The notes beneath the pieces are model-generated. The model was not told the DNA's origin. It was given only the letters and a program-made list of their open reading frames with translations, and did no database searches. The translations under genes were made by a program, and so were the position numbers. A stretch of DNA of 64,000 nucleotides from Pseudomonadota bacterium (lineage in GTDB: Bacteria > Pseudomonadota > Gammaproteobacteria > Xanthomonadales > Xanthomonadaceae). The stretch's first letter is position 1; each line of letters opens with the position of its first letter. Where the stretch lies: contig JAEZYE010000054.1 of NCBI GenBank assembly GCA_023419315.1, positions 7,705-71,704 of the forward strand. Reading direction: 5' to 3'. This document shows, one piece after another, positions 22,404 through 37,176 of the stretch.

Positions 22404-22885
22404 GCGCGCACCAGCAACACGATGGCCTGCGCGGCGATGCCTTCCCCGCGCCCGGTGAAGCCCAGCTTCTCGGTCGTCGTCGCCTTCACGCTGATGGTGT
22501 CCACTTCGCCGCCAAGATCCTCGGCAATCGTGCGGCACATCGCATCCGCGTACGGCCCCACTTTGGGGCGCTCGCCGATGACGGTGATGTCGGCGTTGCC
22601 GACCCGCCAGCCGCGCTCGGCCAGCAAGTGGTTGCAGTGACGCAGGAACTGACGGCTGTCCGCGCCTTTCCACTGCGGATCCGACGGCGGGAAATGCCGG
22701 CCGATGTCGCCGAGCGCCAAGGCGCCCAGCATCGCGTCGCACAGCGCATGCAGCACCACATCGCCGTCACTGTGCGCCAGCACGCCGCGATCATGCGGCA
22801 CGCGGACGCCGCCCAGCATCAGATGATCGCCCTCACCAAAGGCATGCACATCGAAACCCTGGCCGATGCGGAACGAATTGGACAT
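22400..22885 (-). CDS. ispF: 2-C-methyl-D-erythritol 2,4-cyclodiphosphate synthase
   Basis: [24 protein letters not shown]. Confidence 0.97.
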   Translation of the reverse strand: MSNSFRIGQGFDVHAFGEGDHLMLGGVRVPHDRGVLAHSDGDVVLHALCDAMLGALALGDIGRHFPPSDPQWKGADSRQFLRHCNHLLAERGWRVGNADITVIGERPKVGPYADAMCRTIAEDLGGEVDTISVKATTTEKLGFTGRGEGIAAQAIVLLVRA

Positions 22886-22999
22886 GGAAATCTCCGGCGC
22901 CTTCAAGCGCGATTGGCTGCGCTCAGCGCAGCGGACATGCGATGGAACCTGATTGCCTGGCGGCGACGTTCGAAGCGGGAAATGAGCAGGCGCAAGGCG

Positions 23000-23689
23000 T
23001 CACCGCCGCGCCAGTTCGAACTCGAAGCGAACCAGATCCGCAGGCGTGGTGATCTTGAAATTCGATTCCGAGCCTTCGATGAGCAACGGACGCAAGCCTT
23101 GCAGCTCCATCGCCATCGCCTCGTCAGTGACCTCGATCGACGACGATGCGGCGTGTTCCAGCGCACGCGCCAGTTGCAGTCGACGGAACAGCTGGGGCGT
23201 GAAAGCGCGCCAGAGCCGTTCGCGCGGTTCGGTGCCGTCGATGCCACCGTCATCCCCCGCACGCTTGAGTGTGTCGCGCACGGGAGCAGCGAGAATGGCG
23301 CCGACCGGATCGCCGCGTCCACGCTCCAGCAAGGCGGCGAGGTCGGCTTCCGAAAGATTCGGCCGCGCCGCGTCATGGACCAGCACGAAGTCGTCCGCGC
23401 GTACCTGTTCCGGCAAGGCATTCAAGCCTGCGAGCACCGATTCGGCGCGGGTCGCGCCCCCGATGCAGGTGAGCAATGGACGCCCGGCGAACTCGGCCCA
23501 GCCGGGCCAGTCCGTATCGTCCGGCGACAAGGCGAGCACGGCGCCCTCGACTGCGGGATGTGCGAACAGGGCTGCGAGCGTATGCGCGAGAACACTCTGC
23601 CCCGCAACGTGCAGATACTGCTTGGGCACTTCACCGCCGAAGCGCGTGCCGCGGCCGGCTGCGGGAATGACCACCCACACGCCGGCCAT
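23000..23689 (-). CDS. ispD: 2-C-methyl-D-erythritol 4-phosphate cytidylyltransferase
   Basis: IPAAGRGTR...[20 protein letters not shown]. Confidence 0.96.
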   Translation of the reverse strand: MAGVWVVIPAAGRGTRFGGEVPKQYLHVAGQSVLAHTLAALFAHPAVEGAVLALSPDDTDWPGWAEFAGRPLLTCIGGATRAESVLAGLNALPEQVRADDFVLVHDAARPNLSEADLAALLERGRGDPVGAILAAPVRDTLKRAGDDGGIDGTEPRERLWRAFTPQLFRRLQLARALEHAASSSIEVTDEAMAMELQGLRPLLIEGSESNFKITTPADLVRFEFELARR

Positions 23690-24048
23690 CAGGGCGCCTG
23701 ACCGGTGGATTCGGACGGCGAGGCGGCTTCGTCCTGCGCCGGCAACGGCGCCGGTGCAGTCGCGGACTCCACCACGCGGTAGAACTTTTCGCCGGGCTTG
23801 ATCATGCCCAGTTCGCTGCGCGCGCGTTCTTCCACGGCCGTCTCACCCGACTTCAAGTCCTCGACTTCCGCCGCCAGCGCGTCGTTGCGCTCCTGCAATC
23901 CAGCGTTCTCGCGCTTCTGCACGATCACCTGGCTTTCAAGCGCGACGACATCGCTGGAGCTTCCGGGCCCGAACCAGAACCGGTACTGCAGCCACGCAAG
24001 CAGCAGCGACAGCACCAGAACCAGCAGGAGCCAGCCGAACCGCCGCAC
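23689..24048 (-). CDS. ftsB: Cell division protein FtsB
   Basis: TM segment + LQYRFWFG + coiled coil + [15 protein letters not shown]; between eno and ispD. Confidence 0.94.
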   Translation of the reverse strand: MRRFGWLLLVLVLSLLLAWLQYRFWFGPGSSSDVVALESQVIVQKRENAGLQERNDALAAEVEDLKSGETAVEERARSELGMIKPGEKFYRVVESATAPAPLPAQDEAASPSESTGQAP

Positions 24049-24050
24049 GC

Positions 24051-25367
<1,317 letters not shown>

Positions 25368-25581
25368 TCAATGCGGTATGCAATGGGTCCATCAAGCGCA
25401 GGGGCGGCTCGACGTGGTCGTGATGTTCCTGCGTAACCGTCGTTATGCCGTTTACTTCGGGAATTCCGACCGGGGCGGTGCAAGTCTACAAAGAAAAGGA
25501 CTGCGCGCCGGCATCCACGCGACTGCGGGCCTCGCGGTGCGATCACCGGCGGCCCGATTGCGTGTGCAACCGCGCGCATCG

Positions 25582-26415
25582 TCAGACCGTCGACTCCAGG
25601 AAACCGTTCTTCTTGGTGATCGAATCCAGCGCCAGCAGCGTTTCCAGCAGCGCTTCCATCTTGTCCAGCGGCCAGGCGTTCGGGCCATCGGACAACGCCT
25701 TCGACGGATCCGGATGGGTTTCGGCAAACAGGCCCGCCACGCCGACGGCGACCGCCGCACGCGCCAGCACCGGCACGAACTCGCGCTGGCCGCCGGAACT
25801 GCTGCCCTGCCCGCCCGGCAACTGCACCGAGTGCGTCGCGTCGAACACGACCGGGCAGCCGGTGTCGCGCATCACGCTCAGCGAGCGCATGTCGCTGACC
25901 AGGTTGTTGTAGCCGAAACTCGCGCCACGCTCGCAGACCATGATGTCGTGGTTGCCGGTGGACTTGGCCTTGTCGACGACCGGCTTCATGTCCCAGGGCG
26001 ACAGGAACTGGCCTTTCTTGATGTTGACCGGCTTGCCGGCCGAACAGACGTTACGGATGAAATCGGTCTGGCGCACGAGGAAGGCCGGCGTCTGCAGCAC
26101 GTCCACGACCGCTGCGACTTCGTTCATCGGCGTGTACTCGTGAACGTCGGTCAGCACCGGCACGCCGATCTGCTTCTTCACTTCGGCCAGCACCTTCAGG
26201 CCCTCTTCCATGCCCGGGCCGCGGAAGCTGGTGCCGGAGGTGCGATTGGCCTTGTCGAAGCTGGATTTGAAGATGAAGTTCATCCCCAGCTTGCCGGTGA
26301 TTTCCTTAAGGCGACCGGCCACGTCCAGCTGCAGTTGCATGGACTCGATCACGCAGGGGCCGGCGATCAGGAAAAGGGGCTGGTCCAGTCCGACTTCAAA
26401 TCCACAGAGCTTCAT
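25582..26415 (-). CDS. kdsA: KDO-8-phosphate synthase
   Basis: [33 protein letters not shown]. Confidence 0.98.
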   Translation of the reverse strand: MKLCGFEVGLDQPLFLIAGPCVIESMQLQLDVAGRLKEITGKLGMNFIFKSSFDKANRTSGTSFRGPGMEEGLKVLAEVKKQIGVPVLTDVHEYTPMNEVAAVVDVLQTPAFLVRQTDFIRNVCSAGKPVNIKKGQFLSPWDMKPVVDKAKSTGNHDIMVCERGASFGYNNLVSDMRSLSVMRDTGCPVVFDATHSVQLPGGQGSSSGGQREFVPVLARAAVAVGVAGLFAETHPDPSKALSDGPNAWPLDKMEALLETLLALDSITKKNGFLESTV

Positions 26416-26508
26416 TCGATCACCTTCGGTTTCGAGCCCCGCCTCGGGCGGAACTGGCGACAACGCGATGCGGGCCGGCGATCCGGTCACCGCATCGATT
26501 GCACGGGA

Positions 26509-28573
<2,065 letters not shown>

Positions 28574-28740
28574 GGGGATTCTCCTGTCGCGATGTCGTTC
28601 ACATGGGGGCGGCAGGCCGCGCCTTCAAGTGAAGCGCGACCACCGTACACCCGCCGGGCCGGACTCGCCCTGAACGTGCAAAAAGCGACGTCTGCCCGCA
28701 CACTTGCCGCTCTTTGCCGAACACCGCCATCGCATCGCCC

Positions 28741-30630
28741 ATGAGCAGCCGCTACAACGCCGCCGACATCGAAGTCCTCTCCGGCCTGGACCCGGTCAAA
28801 CGCCGGCCGGGCATGTACACCGACACCGCGCGGCCGAACCATCTGGCGCAGGAAGTCATCGACAACGCGGTGGACGAAGCGCTGGCGGGTTACGCGGGCA
28901 CCATCGAGGTGACGCTGTTCAAGGACGGCAGTTGCGAAGTATCGGACGACGGCCGCGGCATGCCGGTGGACATCCATCCGGACGAGAAGATCCCCGGCGT
29001 GGAGTTGATCCTCACCCGCCTGCATGCCGGCGGAAAATTCAGCAATCGCAACTACACCTTCAGCGGCGGCCTGCACGGCGTCGGCGTCAGCGTGGTCAAC
29101 GCGCTGTCGAAGAAAGTGGAACTTTTCATCAAGCGTGAAGGCAACGAGTACCGCATGGAGTTCCGTGACGGCGATGCGGCGTCGCCGCTGGAAACCGTCG
29201 GCACGGTCGGCAGGAAGAACACGGGCACGCGCCTGCGCTTCTGGCCGGATGCCAAGTATTTCGATACGCCGAAGTTCAATGCGCGCGCGCTGCGCCACCT
29301 GTTGCGCGCCAAGGCGGTGCTGTGCCCCGGCCTGACCGTCAAGCTGCACGACGAAGCCACCGGTGAAAATGACACCTGGCATTACGAAGATGGCCTGCGT
29401 GATTACCTCAAGGGCGAACTGCAGGGCCGCGAACTGCTGCCTCCGGATCTGTTCGTCGGGCAATTGAAGAAAGACACCGAAATCGTCGATTGGGCGGTGG
29501 CATGGGTCGCCGAAGGCGAACTGGTGCAGGAGAGCTACGTCAACCTGATTCCCACTGCCCAGCACGGCACGCATGTGAACGGTCTGCGCAGCGGCCTGAC
29601 CGATGCGCTGCGCGAATTCTGCGATTTCCGCAACCTGCTGCCGCGCGGCGTCAAGCTCGCGCCGGAAGATGTGTGGGATCGCGTGGCGTTCGTGCTGTCG
29701 CTGAAGATGACGGACCCGCAGTTCAGCGGCCAGACCAAGGAACGCCTGAGTTCCCGGCAGGCAGCCGGCTTCATCGAAGGCGCCGCGCACGATGCGTTCA
29801 GCCTGTGGCTCAACCAGCACGTCGATCTCGGCGAGAAGATTGCGCAGATCGCGATCGAACGCGCGACCGCCCGCCTCAAGACCGAAAAGCAGGTAGTCCG
29901 CAAAAAGGTCACCCAAGGCCCTGCCCTGCCCGGCAAGCTGGCCGATTGCATCAGCCAGGATCTTTCACGCACTGAACTGTTCCTGGTCGAGGGCGATTCG
30001 GCTGGCGGCAGCGCCAAGCAGGCGCGCGACAAGGATTTCCAGGCGATCCTTCCGCTGCGCGGCAAGATCCTCAACACCTGGGAAGTCGCTTCGGGCAGCG
30101 TGCTCGCGTCGCAGGAAGTGCACGATCTGGCGGTGGCCATAGGCTGCGACCCCGGCAAGGAAGACATCTCCGGGCTGCGCTACGGCAAGGTCGTGATCCT
30201 CGCCGATGCGGACTCCGACGGCCTGCACATCGCGACGCTGCTCAGTGCGCTGTTCCTGCGCCATTTTCCTGCCCTTGTGCAGGCCGGGCACGTGTTCGTC
30301 GCGATGCCGCCGCTGTTCCGGGTCGATGTGGGCAAGCAGGTCTTCTACGCACTGGACGAGGAAGAAAAGCGACTGCTGCTCGACAAGATCCAGCGCGAGA
30401 AGATCAAGGGCGCAATCAATGTCACCCGCTTCAAGGGCCTGGGTGAAATGAACGCCTCGCAATTGCGCGAATCGACCATCCATCCCGACACGCGCCGCCT
30501 CGTCCAGCTCACCGTCGAAGACGGCGACCAGACCCACTCGCTGATGGATATGCTGCTGGCGAAGAAACGCGCCAGCGAGCGCAAGTCCTGGCTGGAGACC
30601 AAGGGCGATCTGGCTTCGCTGGAGGTCTGA
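28741..30630 (+). CDS. parE: DNA topoisomerase IV subunit B
   Basis: IEVLSGLDPVKRRPGMYT, EVIDNAVDE, VEGDSAGGSAKQ, PLRGKILN, DADSDG, RFKGLGEM; ~630 aa with no GyrB insertion. Confidence 0.97.
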   Translation: MSSRYNAADIEVLSGLDPVKRRPGMYTDTARPNHLAQEVIDNAVDEALAGYAGTIEVTLFKDGSCEVSDDGRGMPVDIHPDEKIPGVELILTRLHAGGKFSNRNYTFSGGLHGVGVSVVNALSKKVELFIKREGNEYRMEFRDGDAASPLETVGTVGRKNTGTRLRFWPDAKYFDTPKFNARALRHLLRAKAVLCPGLTVKLHDEATGENDTWHYEDGLRDYLKGELQGRELLPPDLFVGQLKKDTEIVDWAVAWVAEGELVQESYVNLIPTAQHGTHVNGLRSGLTDALREFCDFRNLLPRGVKLAPEDVWDRVAFVLSLKMTDPQFSGQTKERLSSRQAAGFIEGAAHDAFSLWLNQHVDLGEKIAQIAIERATARLKTEKQVVRKKVTQGPALPGKLADCISQDLSRTELFLVEGDSAGGSAKQARDKDFQAILPLRGKILNTWEVASGSVLASQEVHDLAVAIGCDPGKEDISGLRYGKVVILADADSDGLHIATLLSALFLRHFPALVQAGHVFVAMPPLFRVDVGKQVFYALDEEEKRLLLDKIQREKIKGAINVTRFKGLGEMNASQLRESTIHPDTRRLVQLTVEDGDQTHSLMDMLLAKKRASERKSWLETKGDLASLEV

Positions 30631-30737
30631 TGCAGGCTTGAAGAAGCGGCCTGCCTCCCTCCGGCAACGCCGGCGAATGACAACGCCCGGACACGGTGGC
30701 AACATCCGCGGACACTGAACGTTCCTGGGGAGGAACC

Positions 30738-32684
30738 GTGTACGCAAAGGGACTGAAATGGGTTGCCCTGCTGGCAGCCCTGGCGAGCGCGCCCGCCTGG
30801 GCGCAGTTGATTCCGGTGGAAGATTTCTCCAAGCACGGCAAGGTGAGCGGCGTGACGCTGTCGCCCAGCGGCAAGCATGTTGCTCTCGCAACACCGACCG
30901 ACGACGGCATGGAAACGCAGTTGCATATCCTCGCCCTTGATGGCTCGTCGTCGCAGATCCTGCGGTTCGGCCGTCAGCAGCATGTATCCGGGGTGACCTG
31001 GACCGCTGACGATCAGATCGTCGTGTCGCGCGCAAAGATGGAGCCGCTGCACGCTCGCCCGTACAGCTACGGCGAACTGCTCTCCTCCGACATTCGCGGC
31101 AAAACCCAGGAGACATTGTTCGCCTACGTCGAAGACGACGGCGTTCGCGCGGGACGTCGCAAGGACCAGGGTTTCGCCAGTCTGGCCTACCTGCTGGCGG
31201 ATGAACCAGGCAACGCACTGGTTGATTTCACCTGCTGGCGAAGTGTCTGCGGCGAAGAATCGCCCACCGTCATCTACAAGGTGGATACACGCACCGGAAC
31301 ACGCAAGGAAATCGAACGCTCCGCCAAGCCCGCCAGCTTCTACTTCGATCGGAAAGGCACGCCACGGCTCCGCATCACAGTCGATTCGCAGGACGAACCC
31401 GTCCTCCATTACCGCCCACAAGCACACGCGGACTGGGTGGCTGTTCCTGCGTCGCTGGCCGGCTACACGATGTACGGGTTGACGTTCGAACAGGACAATA
31501 ACGCCGCATATGCGCTGATTTCCGATGCCCGCGAAGCGGCCAAGCTGTATCGCGTCGACTTCTCCGCCGGTACGCGCACGTTGCTTGCAGGACGCGATGA
31601 CGCCGCCATCAGCCATCTCATGTACGGGGGCTACGACGGCGTCCCGTTCGGCGTCGTATTCGATTCGGACAAACCGTCGATTCGTTACCTGGACAACAGC
31701 TCGGAGTGGGCCAAGCTGCACGCCGGCCTTATGAAGTCGTTCGCCGGTCAGATGGTCACCATCTCCGACTTCAGTCGTGACAATCGCAAGGTATTGTTCA
31801 CAACCTGGTCGGACCGCCACCCAGGCAACTATTACCTGCTGGATCGTGACGCCGGCAAAATCCAGCTGGTCAGCGAATACAAGCCCTGGATCAAGCCGGA
31901 ACAGATGGCGCCCACGCGTCCCTTCGAGTTCACTGGCAAGGACGGCCTGAAGCTGTTCGGCTTCTACACGGCCAAGGCGGGCGCGACAGGTCCGCAACCG
32001 ATGATCGTCATGCCCCACGGCGGCCCCCATGGACCGTATGACCGCTGGCAATTCGATGAAGACGTACAGTTCTTCGCCAGTCGAGGCTATGCGGTGCTGC
32101 AGGTGAACTTCCGCGGCTCGGGCGGGCGAGGCGAAGCCTTCGAGCGCCTGGGCTACCGCGAGTGGGGCGGCAAGATGATGGACGACATCGCCGACGGTGT
32201 GCGCTGGGCCATCGACAACAAGCTGGCTGATCCGAACCGCATATGCACGTTCGGTGCCAGCTTCGGCGGGTACGCGGCCTTGATGGAGCCCATTCGTCAC
32301 CCGGAGCTCTACAAGTGCGCCATCGGTTATGTCGGTGTCTATGACCTGACCGTGATGCACAAGGAGGGCGACATCGCCGAATCCAAATCCGGGCGCCGTT
32401 ACCTGGATCGTGTCCTGGGCGCCGATCAGGCCGTTCTCATCGCAAATTCTCCCGCGCGCAACATCGACAAGATCAAGGTGCCGGTCATGCTGGTCCAGGG
32501 CAGGCTGGATCAGCGCGTTCCCATGGATCAGTTCGACGCGCTGGAGCGCGCGTTCCGCAAGCAAGGAGTTCCGATCGAGACGATGGTCGTCGGTGGCGAA
32601 GGGCACGGCTTCTACAAGCCCGAGAACCGTGCCGATCTCTATCGCCGCCTGGAAGCATTCCTGGACAAGAACATGCCCAAGTAA
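30738..32684 (+). CDS. Secreted S9 (prolyl oligopeptidase family) peptidase
   Basis: GGAGG RBS with GTG start, signal peptide, PHGGP, NFRGSGG, GASFGG nucleophile, D..V and EGHGF. Confidence 0.92.
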   Translation: MYAKGLKWVALLAALASAPAWAQLIPVEDFSKHGKVSGVTLSPSGKHVALATPTDDGMETQLHILALDGSSSQILRFGRQQHVSGVTWTADDQIVVSRAKMEPLHARPYSYGELLSSDIRGKTQETLFAYVEDDGVRAGRRKDQGFASLAYLLADEPGNALVDFTCWRSVCGEESPTVIYKVDTRTGTRKEIERSAKPASFYFDRKGTPRLRITVDSQDEPVLHYRPQAHADWVAVPASLAGYTMYGLTFEQDNNAAYALISDAREAAKLYRVDFSAGTRTLLAGRDDAAISHLMYGGYDGVPFGVVFDSDKPSIRYLDNSSEWAKLHAGLMKSFAGQMVTISDFSRDNRKVLFTTWSDRHPGNYYLLDRDAGKIQLVSEYKPWIKPEQMAPTRPFEFTGKDGLKLFGFYTAKAGATGPQPMIVMPHGGPHGPYDRWQFDEDVQFFASRGYAVLQVNFRGSGGRGEAFERLGYREWGGKMMDDIADGVRWAIDNKLADPNRICTFGASFGGYAALMEPIRHPELYKCAIGYVGVYDLTVMHKEGDIAESKSGRRYLDRVLGADQAVLIANSPARNIDKIKVPVMLVQGRLDQRVPMDQFDALERAFRKQGVPIETMVVGGEGHGFYKPENRADLYRRLEAFLDKNMPK

Positions 32685-32735
32685 CGCGGAAGGCTGGAAT
32701 CGCTCTCAACGATTTCTTGACCCCTGCGATGCGAT

Positions 32736-32770
32736 AAACGCCCTGTCACTTCGACAGGGCGTTTTCTTTT
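32736..32770 (+). terminator. Rho-independent terminator after the S9 peptidase gene
   Basis: AAACGCCCTGTC-ACTTC-GACAGGGCGTTT followed by TCTTTT. Confidence 0.8.
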
Positions 32771-33899
32771 GACGGATCATCCCTACACCTTCGGTCTGGA
32801 AGAGGAGTACTTCCTCGTTCGCCGCAACCGCCGCCGGTTGCGCCACATGCCGCGTACGTTTTTCCAGCGCTGCCATGACGCGCTGGGCGATCAGGTGGGC
32901 AGCGAGCTTCTGCAGACCCAGGTCGAGGTGCAGACGCGCGTGCACCACGATGCATCGGATGCGCTGGCGGATCTGCGTCATCTGCGCGGCACGATCGGAC
33001 GCATCGCTGCCGAACAAGGCCTGGCGATCCTGGCCGCAGGCACGCATCCGATGGGCGTGTGGCGCGACCAGCGCAGTACTGACAAGCCGCACTACGACCG
33101 GGTCATGGAACAGTTGCAGATGCTGGGGCATCGCAATCTCGTGTGCGGACTGCATGTGCACGTGCAACCGGCCATCCCGGCTTCGCGCATCGATCTGTTG
33201 CGGCGCGTGCAGCCGTTTCTTCCGTTGCTGCTTGCCCTGAGCACGTCGTCGCCGTTCTGGCTCGGCCATCCCACCGGCTTGATGGGCTATCGCCAGACGG
33301 CCTACCAGGAAATTCCGCGCACCGGACTGCCGCCGCTGTTCGCCGACCAGGCGGCCTATGACCGCTACGTCGCACGCATGATGCAATCGGGCACCATCGA
33401 GGACGCCAGCTTCCTGTGGTGGGCCGTGCGGCCGTCCCTGAAATTCCCGACGGTCGAACTGCGCGTTCCGGATTGCTGTACCGATGTGGAGGACGCGCTC
33501 GCGCTGGCGCAGTTGTTCCGTTGCGTGGTGCGTCACCTGGAACGCCATCCCGAGCGCCATGCCGGCCTCGATGCCGGCGTGCAGGCCATCATTGCCGAGA
33601 ATCTCTGGCGTGCGCAGCGGCATGGATATGACGCCGGGTTGATCGATCTGGCGAGTGGACGCCTGGCCCCGGTGAGCGAGATGTTGCGCAATACGCAGGA
33701 CGCGCTGGAGGAAGACATCGTCGCGTTGCAGGCCGAAGCCGCGTTCGCGCGCCTGTGGCGCATCCTCGAACACGGCACCAGTGCTCACCGCCAACTCGCG
33801 ATCTATCGCGATCAGGTGCGGGCCGGCGAAGGCCGCATGAATGCCTTGCAGGCGGTGGTCGACTGGCTGGCGGAGGCAAGCGTGCCTCCATCGGCGTGA
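32769..33899 (+). CDS. Carboxylate-amine ligase (YbdK/GCS2 family)
   Basis: TFGLEEEY, AAGTHP, CGLHVHV, ALSTSSPFW, WWAVRP...TVELR, ENLWRAQRHG. Confidence 0.92.
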   Translation: MTDHPYTFGLEEEYFLVRRNRRRLRHMPRTFFQRCHDALGDQVGSELLQTQVEVQTRVHHDASDALADLRHLRGTIGRIAAEQGLAILAAGTHPMGVWRDQRSTDKPHYDRVMEQLQMLGHRNLVCGLHVHVQPAIPASRIDLLRRVQPFLPLLLALSTSSPFWLGHPTGLMGYRQTAYQEIPRTGLPPLFADQAAYDRYVARMMQSGTIEDASFLWWAVRPSLKFPTVELRVPDCCTDVEDALALAQLFRCVVRHLERHPERHAGLDAGVQAIIAENLWRAQRHGYDAGLIDLASGRLAPVSEMLRNTQDALEEDIVALQAEAAFARLWRILEHGTSAHRQLAIYRDQVRAGEGRMNALQAVVDWLAEASVPPSA

Positions 33900-35357
33900 C
33901 TATGCCGGGTCGGCACGCTTGACGCTGGAACTGGGGATCCGCCGCGTCGGTTCGAGTTGCGCGAAGATCGCCGCCGACGCCATCGTGATCAATCCCACGC
34001 AGACGAAACTCCAGCGGAAGGCCGACAACGCCTGGCCCTGCAAGGGATGCAGCGCCACGCTGCCGAACACGCCCAGCAGGCCGCCGGCCAGCGCCACGCC
34101 GATGCTCATCGCCAGCATCATCACCATCGACAGGAGGCTGTTTCCGCTGCTGGCGAGATCGCCATCGAGATCACGCAACGCCAACGTGTTCATGGCGGTG
34201 AATTGCAGGGAGTTCACAGCTCCGAAACAGGCGAACTGGAGCAGGTGCAGCCACACCGGCTGACCGGGCTGGACCAGCGCGAAGCTCGCCATCGCCAGCC
34301 CTACCAGCAAAGTGTTGCCGACCAGCACCTTGCGATAGCCCAGCCTCTGCACAAGCGGCACGACAATGCGCTTGGAGCCCATGCCCGCGAGCGCGGCGGG
34401 AATCATCATCATGCCGGCGGACATCGGTGAAAAGCCGAGCCCCACCTGCAGCGTCAACGGGATCAGGAACGGCATGCCACTGCTGCCCATGCGCGAGAAC
34501 AGGTTGCCCAGCAGACCGATGCTGAAACTCGGGACCTTGAACAACGACAAGGAAAACAACGGTCGCGTCGTGCGTGCTGCGTGCAACCAGTACGCCGCCA
34601 GTCCCGCCAGCCCGAACACCAGCAACACCATCATCGCGCCACGTCGCGCGTCATGATCGGACAGGCCATCGAGCGACAGCGAAATGGCCACCATCGCGAA
34701 TGCCAGCAGCACGTAACCCAACGCATCGAAACGCACGCGCGGCCCACGCATGTCAGGCATCCAGCGCAGCGCGGCGAGCGTGCCGATGACGCCGAGTGGC
34801 AGATTGATGAGGAAAATCCAGTGCCAGGACGCGATCTCGACGAGCCAGCCGCCCAGCGTCGGACCGATCAATGGACCGATGAGCCCGGGCACCGTGACGA
34901 AGCTCATCGCGGCGAGGAAATCCTTGCGCGGCACCGCGCGCAACACCGACAGTCGGCCGATCGGCAGCAACATCGCGCCGCCGATGCCCTGAAGCACGCG
35001 CGACGCCACCAACTGCGAGAGCGTCTGCGAAAGCGCGCACGCCAGCGACCCGAGCGTGAACAGCACGACCGCGGCGATGAACATGCGGCGCGTGCCGAAC
35101 CGATCCGCCAGCCAGCCCGAGGCCGGGATCAGCATCGCCACCGTCAACGCGTAGCCAACGACGACCGCCTGCATGCGCAACGGCGACTGCTGCAGGTCCC
35201 GCGCCATCGCCGGCAACGCGGTGTTGACGATGGTGCTGTCGAGCATCTGCATGAACACACCCGCGGCCACCAGCCAGAGCAGCGGACGCAGGGCGATCAT
35301 CGATGCGGATGGGTTGGGAGCCGGCGTGTCGCCGGATTCGGGGGCGCGCTCGTTCAT
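33900..35357 (-). CDS. DHA2-family MFS drug transporter (MdtD-like)
   Basis: FMQMLDSTIVNTALP, GWLADRFG, many TM segments; start could be 35300. Confidence 0.9.
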   Translation of the reverse strand: MNERAPESGDTPAPNPSASMIALRPLLWLVAAGVFMQMLDSTIVNTALPAMARDLQQSPLRMQAVVVGYALTVAMLIPASGWLADRFGTRRMFIAAVVLFTLGSLACALSQTLSQLVASRVLQGIGGAMLLPIGRLSVLRAVPRKDFLAAMSFVTVPGLIGPLIGPTLGGWLVEIASWHWIFLINLPLGVIGTLAALRWMPDMRGPRVRFDALGYVLLAFAMVAISLSLDGLSDHDARRGAMMVLLVFGLAGLAAYWLHAARTTRPLFSLSLFKVPSFSIGLLGNLFSRMGSSGMPFLIPLTLQVGLGFSPMSAGMMMIPAALAGMGSKRIVVPLVQRLGYRKVLVGNTLLVGLAMASFALVQPGQPVWLHLLQFACFGAVNSLQFTAMNTLALRDLDGDLASSGNSLLSMVMMLAMSIGVALAGGLLGVFGSVALHPLQGQALSAFRWSFVCVGLITMASAAIFAQLEPTRRIPSSSVKRADPA

Positions 35358-35400
35358 CGCGCCATTGTGCCTGCACGCGCACGGGCGGCCGATGAAGCCC

Positions 35401-36387
35401 TCACGCCGTACGCTGCCGCGAGACCACGAAGACGCCGAGCATCACCAGCACAGTGCCCGCAACCTGCCACGGCCCCATCGATTCACCCAGCAGCAGCAGG
35501 CTGAGCACGATGGTCGATACCGGCCCGATCATGCCCACCTGCGCGGCGAGCGCGGAGCCAATCCGTGATACCGCCATCATCACCATCAACACCGGCAGCA
35601 CGGTGCACAACGTGCCGTTGAGCAGTGACAGCCACATCACCTCGCCCGGAAGTCCGGCCAGCACGTGCGCCGGGCGCAACAGCAGGAACTGCCCGATGCA
35701 CAGCACGCTCGCCACACTGCTGGCGTAGGCGGTCAAGCGCACGGCACCGACCCGGCGCACCATTTCGCCGCTGCCGATCAGGTAGATGGCATACGACAAG
35801 GCGCTGCCGAACATGAGCAATCCTCCCAGCGCAATATTGTCTCCGCCGAGATTCCAGTCATGGCCGAACGCGAGCAGCACACCGACGTAGCTGATCGCCA
35901 GTGCGATCCACTGCATGCGTCCCGCGCGACGGCCGAACAGAAGCAGGTTCACCAGCAACACGAGCGTGGGCGTGAGGTACAGGATGAGCCGTTCCAGCGT
36001 CGCGGTGATGTAGGCCAGTCCGGCAAAGTCGAGGAAGCTCGCCAGGTAGTAGCCGAAAAATCCGAGCCCGACGATGCGCAGGCGATCGCCACTGTCGAGC
36101 GGCGCGGCGCGGCGTGCGGCCCACGCGCCCATCCACAGGAAGCACGGCAGCGCGACCAGCATGCGCAGCGCCAGCAGCGTGACGGCATCGACGCCATGCC
36201 GATACGCGAGCTTGACGATGATGGCCTTGCCGGAGAACGCAATCGCACCCAGCGCGGCCAGCGCAAAGCCGCTCCACGGCAGGCGCGGTGAGACGACATC
36301 CGTCTGCGAAGAGGTCGCGGCTTCTGGATCCAGCAATGCGCTGGCGGTCTCGTCTTCCGGATCCTGCCGGGCGCCCTGCCCGCTCAC
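35401..36387 (-). CDS. EamA/DMT family transporter
   Basis: FSGKAIIVKLAY, LERLILYL.P, GPVSTI...LLGE; ~10 TM segments. Confidence 0.9.
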   Translation of the reverse strand: MSGQGARQDPEDETASALLDPEAATSSQTDVVSPRLPWSGFALAALGAIAFSGKAIIVKLAYRHGVDAVTLLALRMLVALPCFLWMGAWAARRAAPLDSGDRLRIVGLGFFGYYLASFLDFAGLAYITATLERLILYLTPTLVLLVNLLLFGRRAGRMQWIALAISYVGVLLAFGHDWNLGGDNIALGGLLMFGSALSYAIYLIGSGEMVRRVGAVRLTAYASSVASVLCIGQFLLLRPAHVLAGLPGEVMWLSLLNGTLCTVLPVLMVMMAVSRIGSALAAQVGMIGPVSTIVLSLLLLGESMGPWQVAGTVLVMLGVFVVSRQRTA

Positions 36388-37160
36388 GCCAGAGTGGCCT
36401 CCAGCAGGCGACGAATCAGGCCCTGCGTGCGCTCGGCAACCTCGGGGCGATATTCGAACGTGTCCTCATCCATGTAGTTCGCCTGCGCGAGCTCCAGCTG
36501 CACGGTCTGCACGCCACGCGCCAGATCCGCGTAGTGGCGCGTGATGTAGCCGCCACGGAAACGTCCATTGACCGCGACGCTGTAGTCATCCTGTGCCGCG
36601 AGTATCGCTTCCAGGCTGGCCTGCAGCGCTGGCGAACAACTCGCGCCCCCTGCCGTACCCAGGTTGAAGTCGGGCAAGCGCCCTTCGAACAGGAACGGCA
36701 CGACACTGCGGATGGAATGGCCTTCCCACACCACCACGCGTCCATGCGCTGCGCGCAGGCGTTCGATTTCTTCCGCCAGTGCAGCGTGATACGGACGCCA
36801 GCAGGACTCCACGCGTTCCGCGATCTCCGCGGGCGACGGCTCCTGCCCTTCCAGGTACACCGGCTCGCCACTGAACTGCACGATGGGACACAGGCCGGTG
36901 GTGTTCTGGCCGGGATACAGCGATACATCATCTTCCGGTCGATTCAGGTCCACGACGTAGCGCGAGTGCGAAGGCACGAGGATCGATGCACCGAGATCAC
37001 GCGCGAATGCATACAGCCGATCGACATGCCAGTCGGTATCCGGCACACGCCGCGCACTGATGCGCAGGCGCGGCACGAGCGATTCGGGAAGATACGTGCC
37101 GTTGTGCGGCAGGCTGATCAGCAGCGGCGCGGTACCGCGATGCAGGGTGAAGATATCCAT
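36384..37160 (-). CDS. hutG: N-formylglutamate deformylase
   Basis: PLLISLPHNG, DTDWHVD, SRYVVDLNRP, HSIRS, NGRFRGGYITR, QLEL. Confidence 0.93.
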   Translation of the reverse strand: MDIFTLHRGTAPLLISLPHNGTYLPESLVPRLRISARRVPDTDWHVDRLYAFARDLGASILVPSHSRYVVDLNRPEDDVSLYPGQNTTGLCPIVQFSGEPVYLEGQEPSPAEIAERVESCWRPYHAALAEEIERLRAAHGRVVVWEGHSIRSVVPFLFEGRLPDFNLGTAGGASCSPALQASLEAILAAQDDYSVAVNGRFRGGYITRHYADLARGVQTVQLELAQANYMDEDTFEYRPEVAERTQGLIRRLLEATLA

Positions 37161-37176
37161 GCGCGCATTGTAAGCC

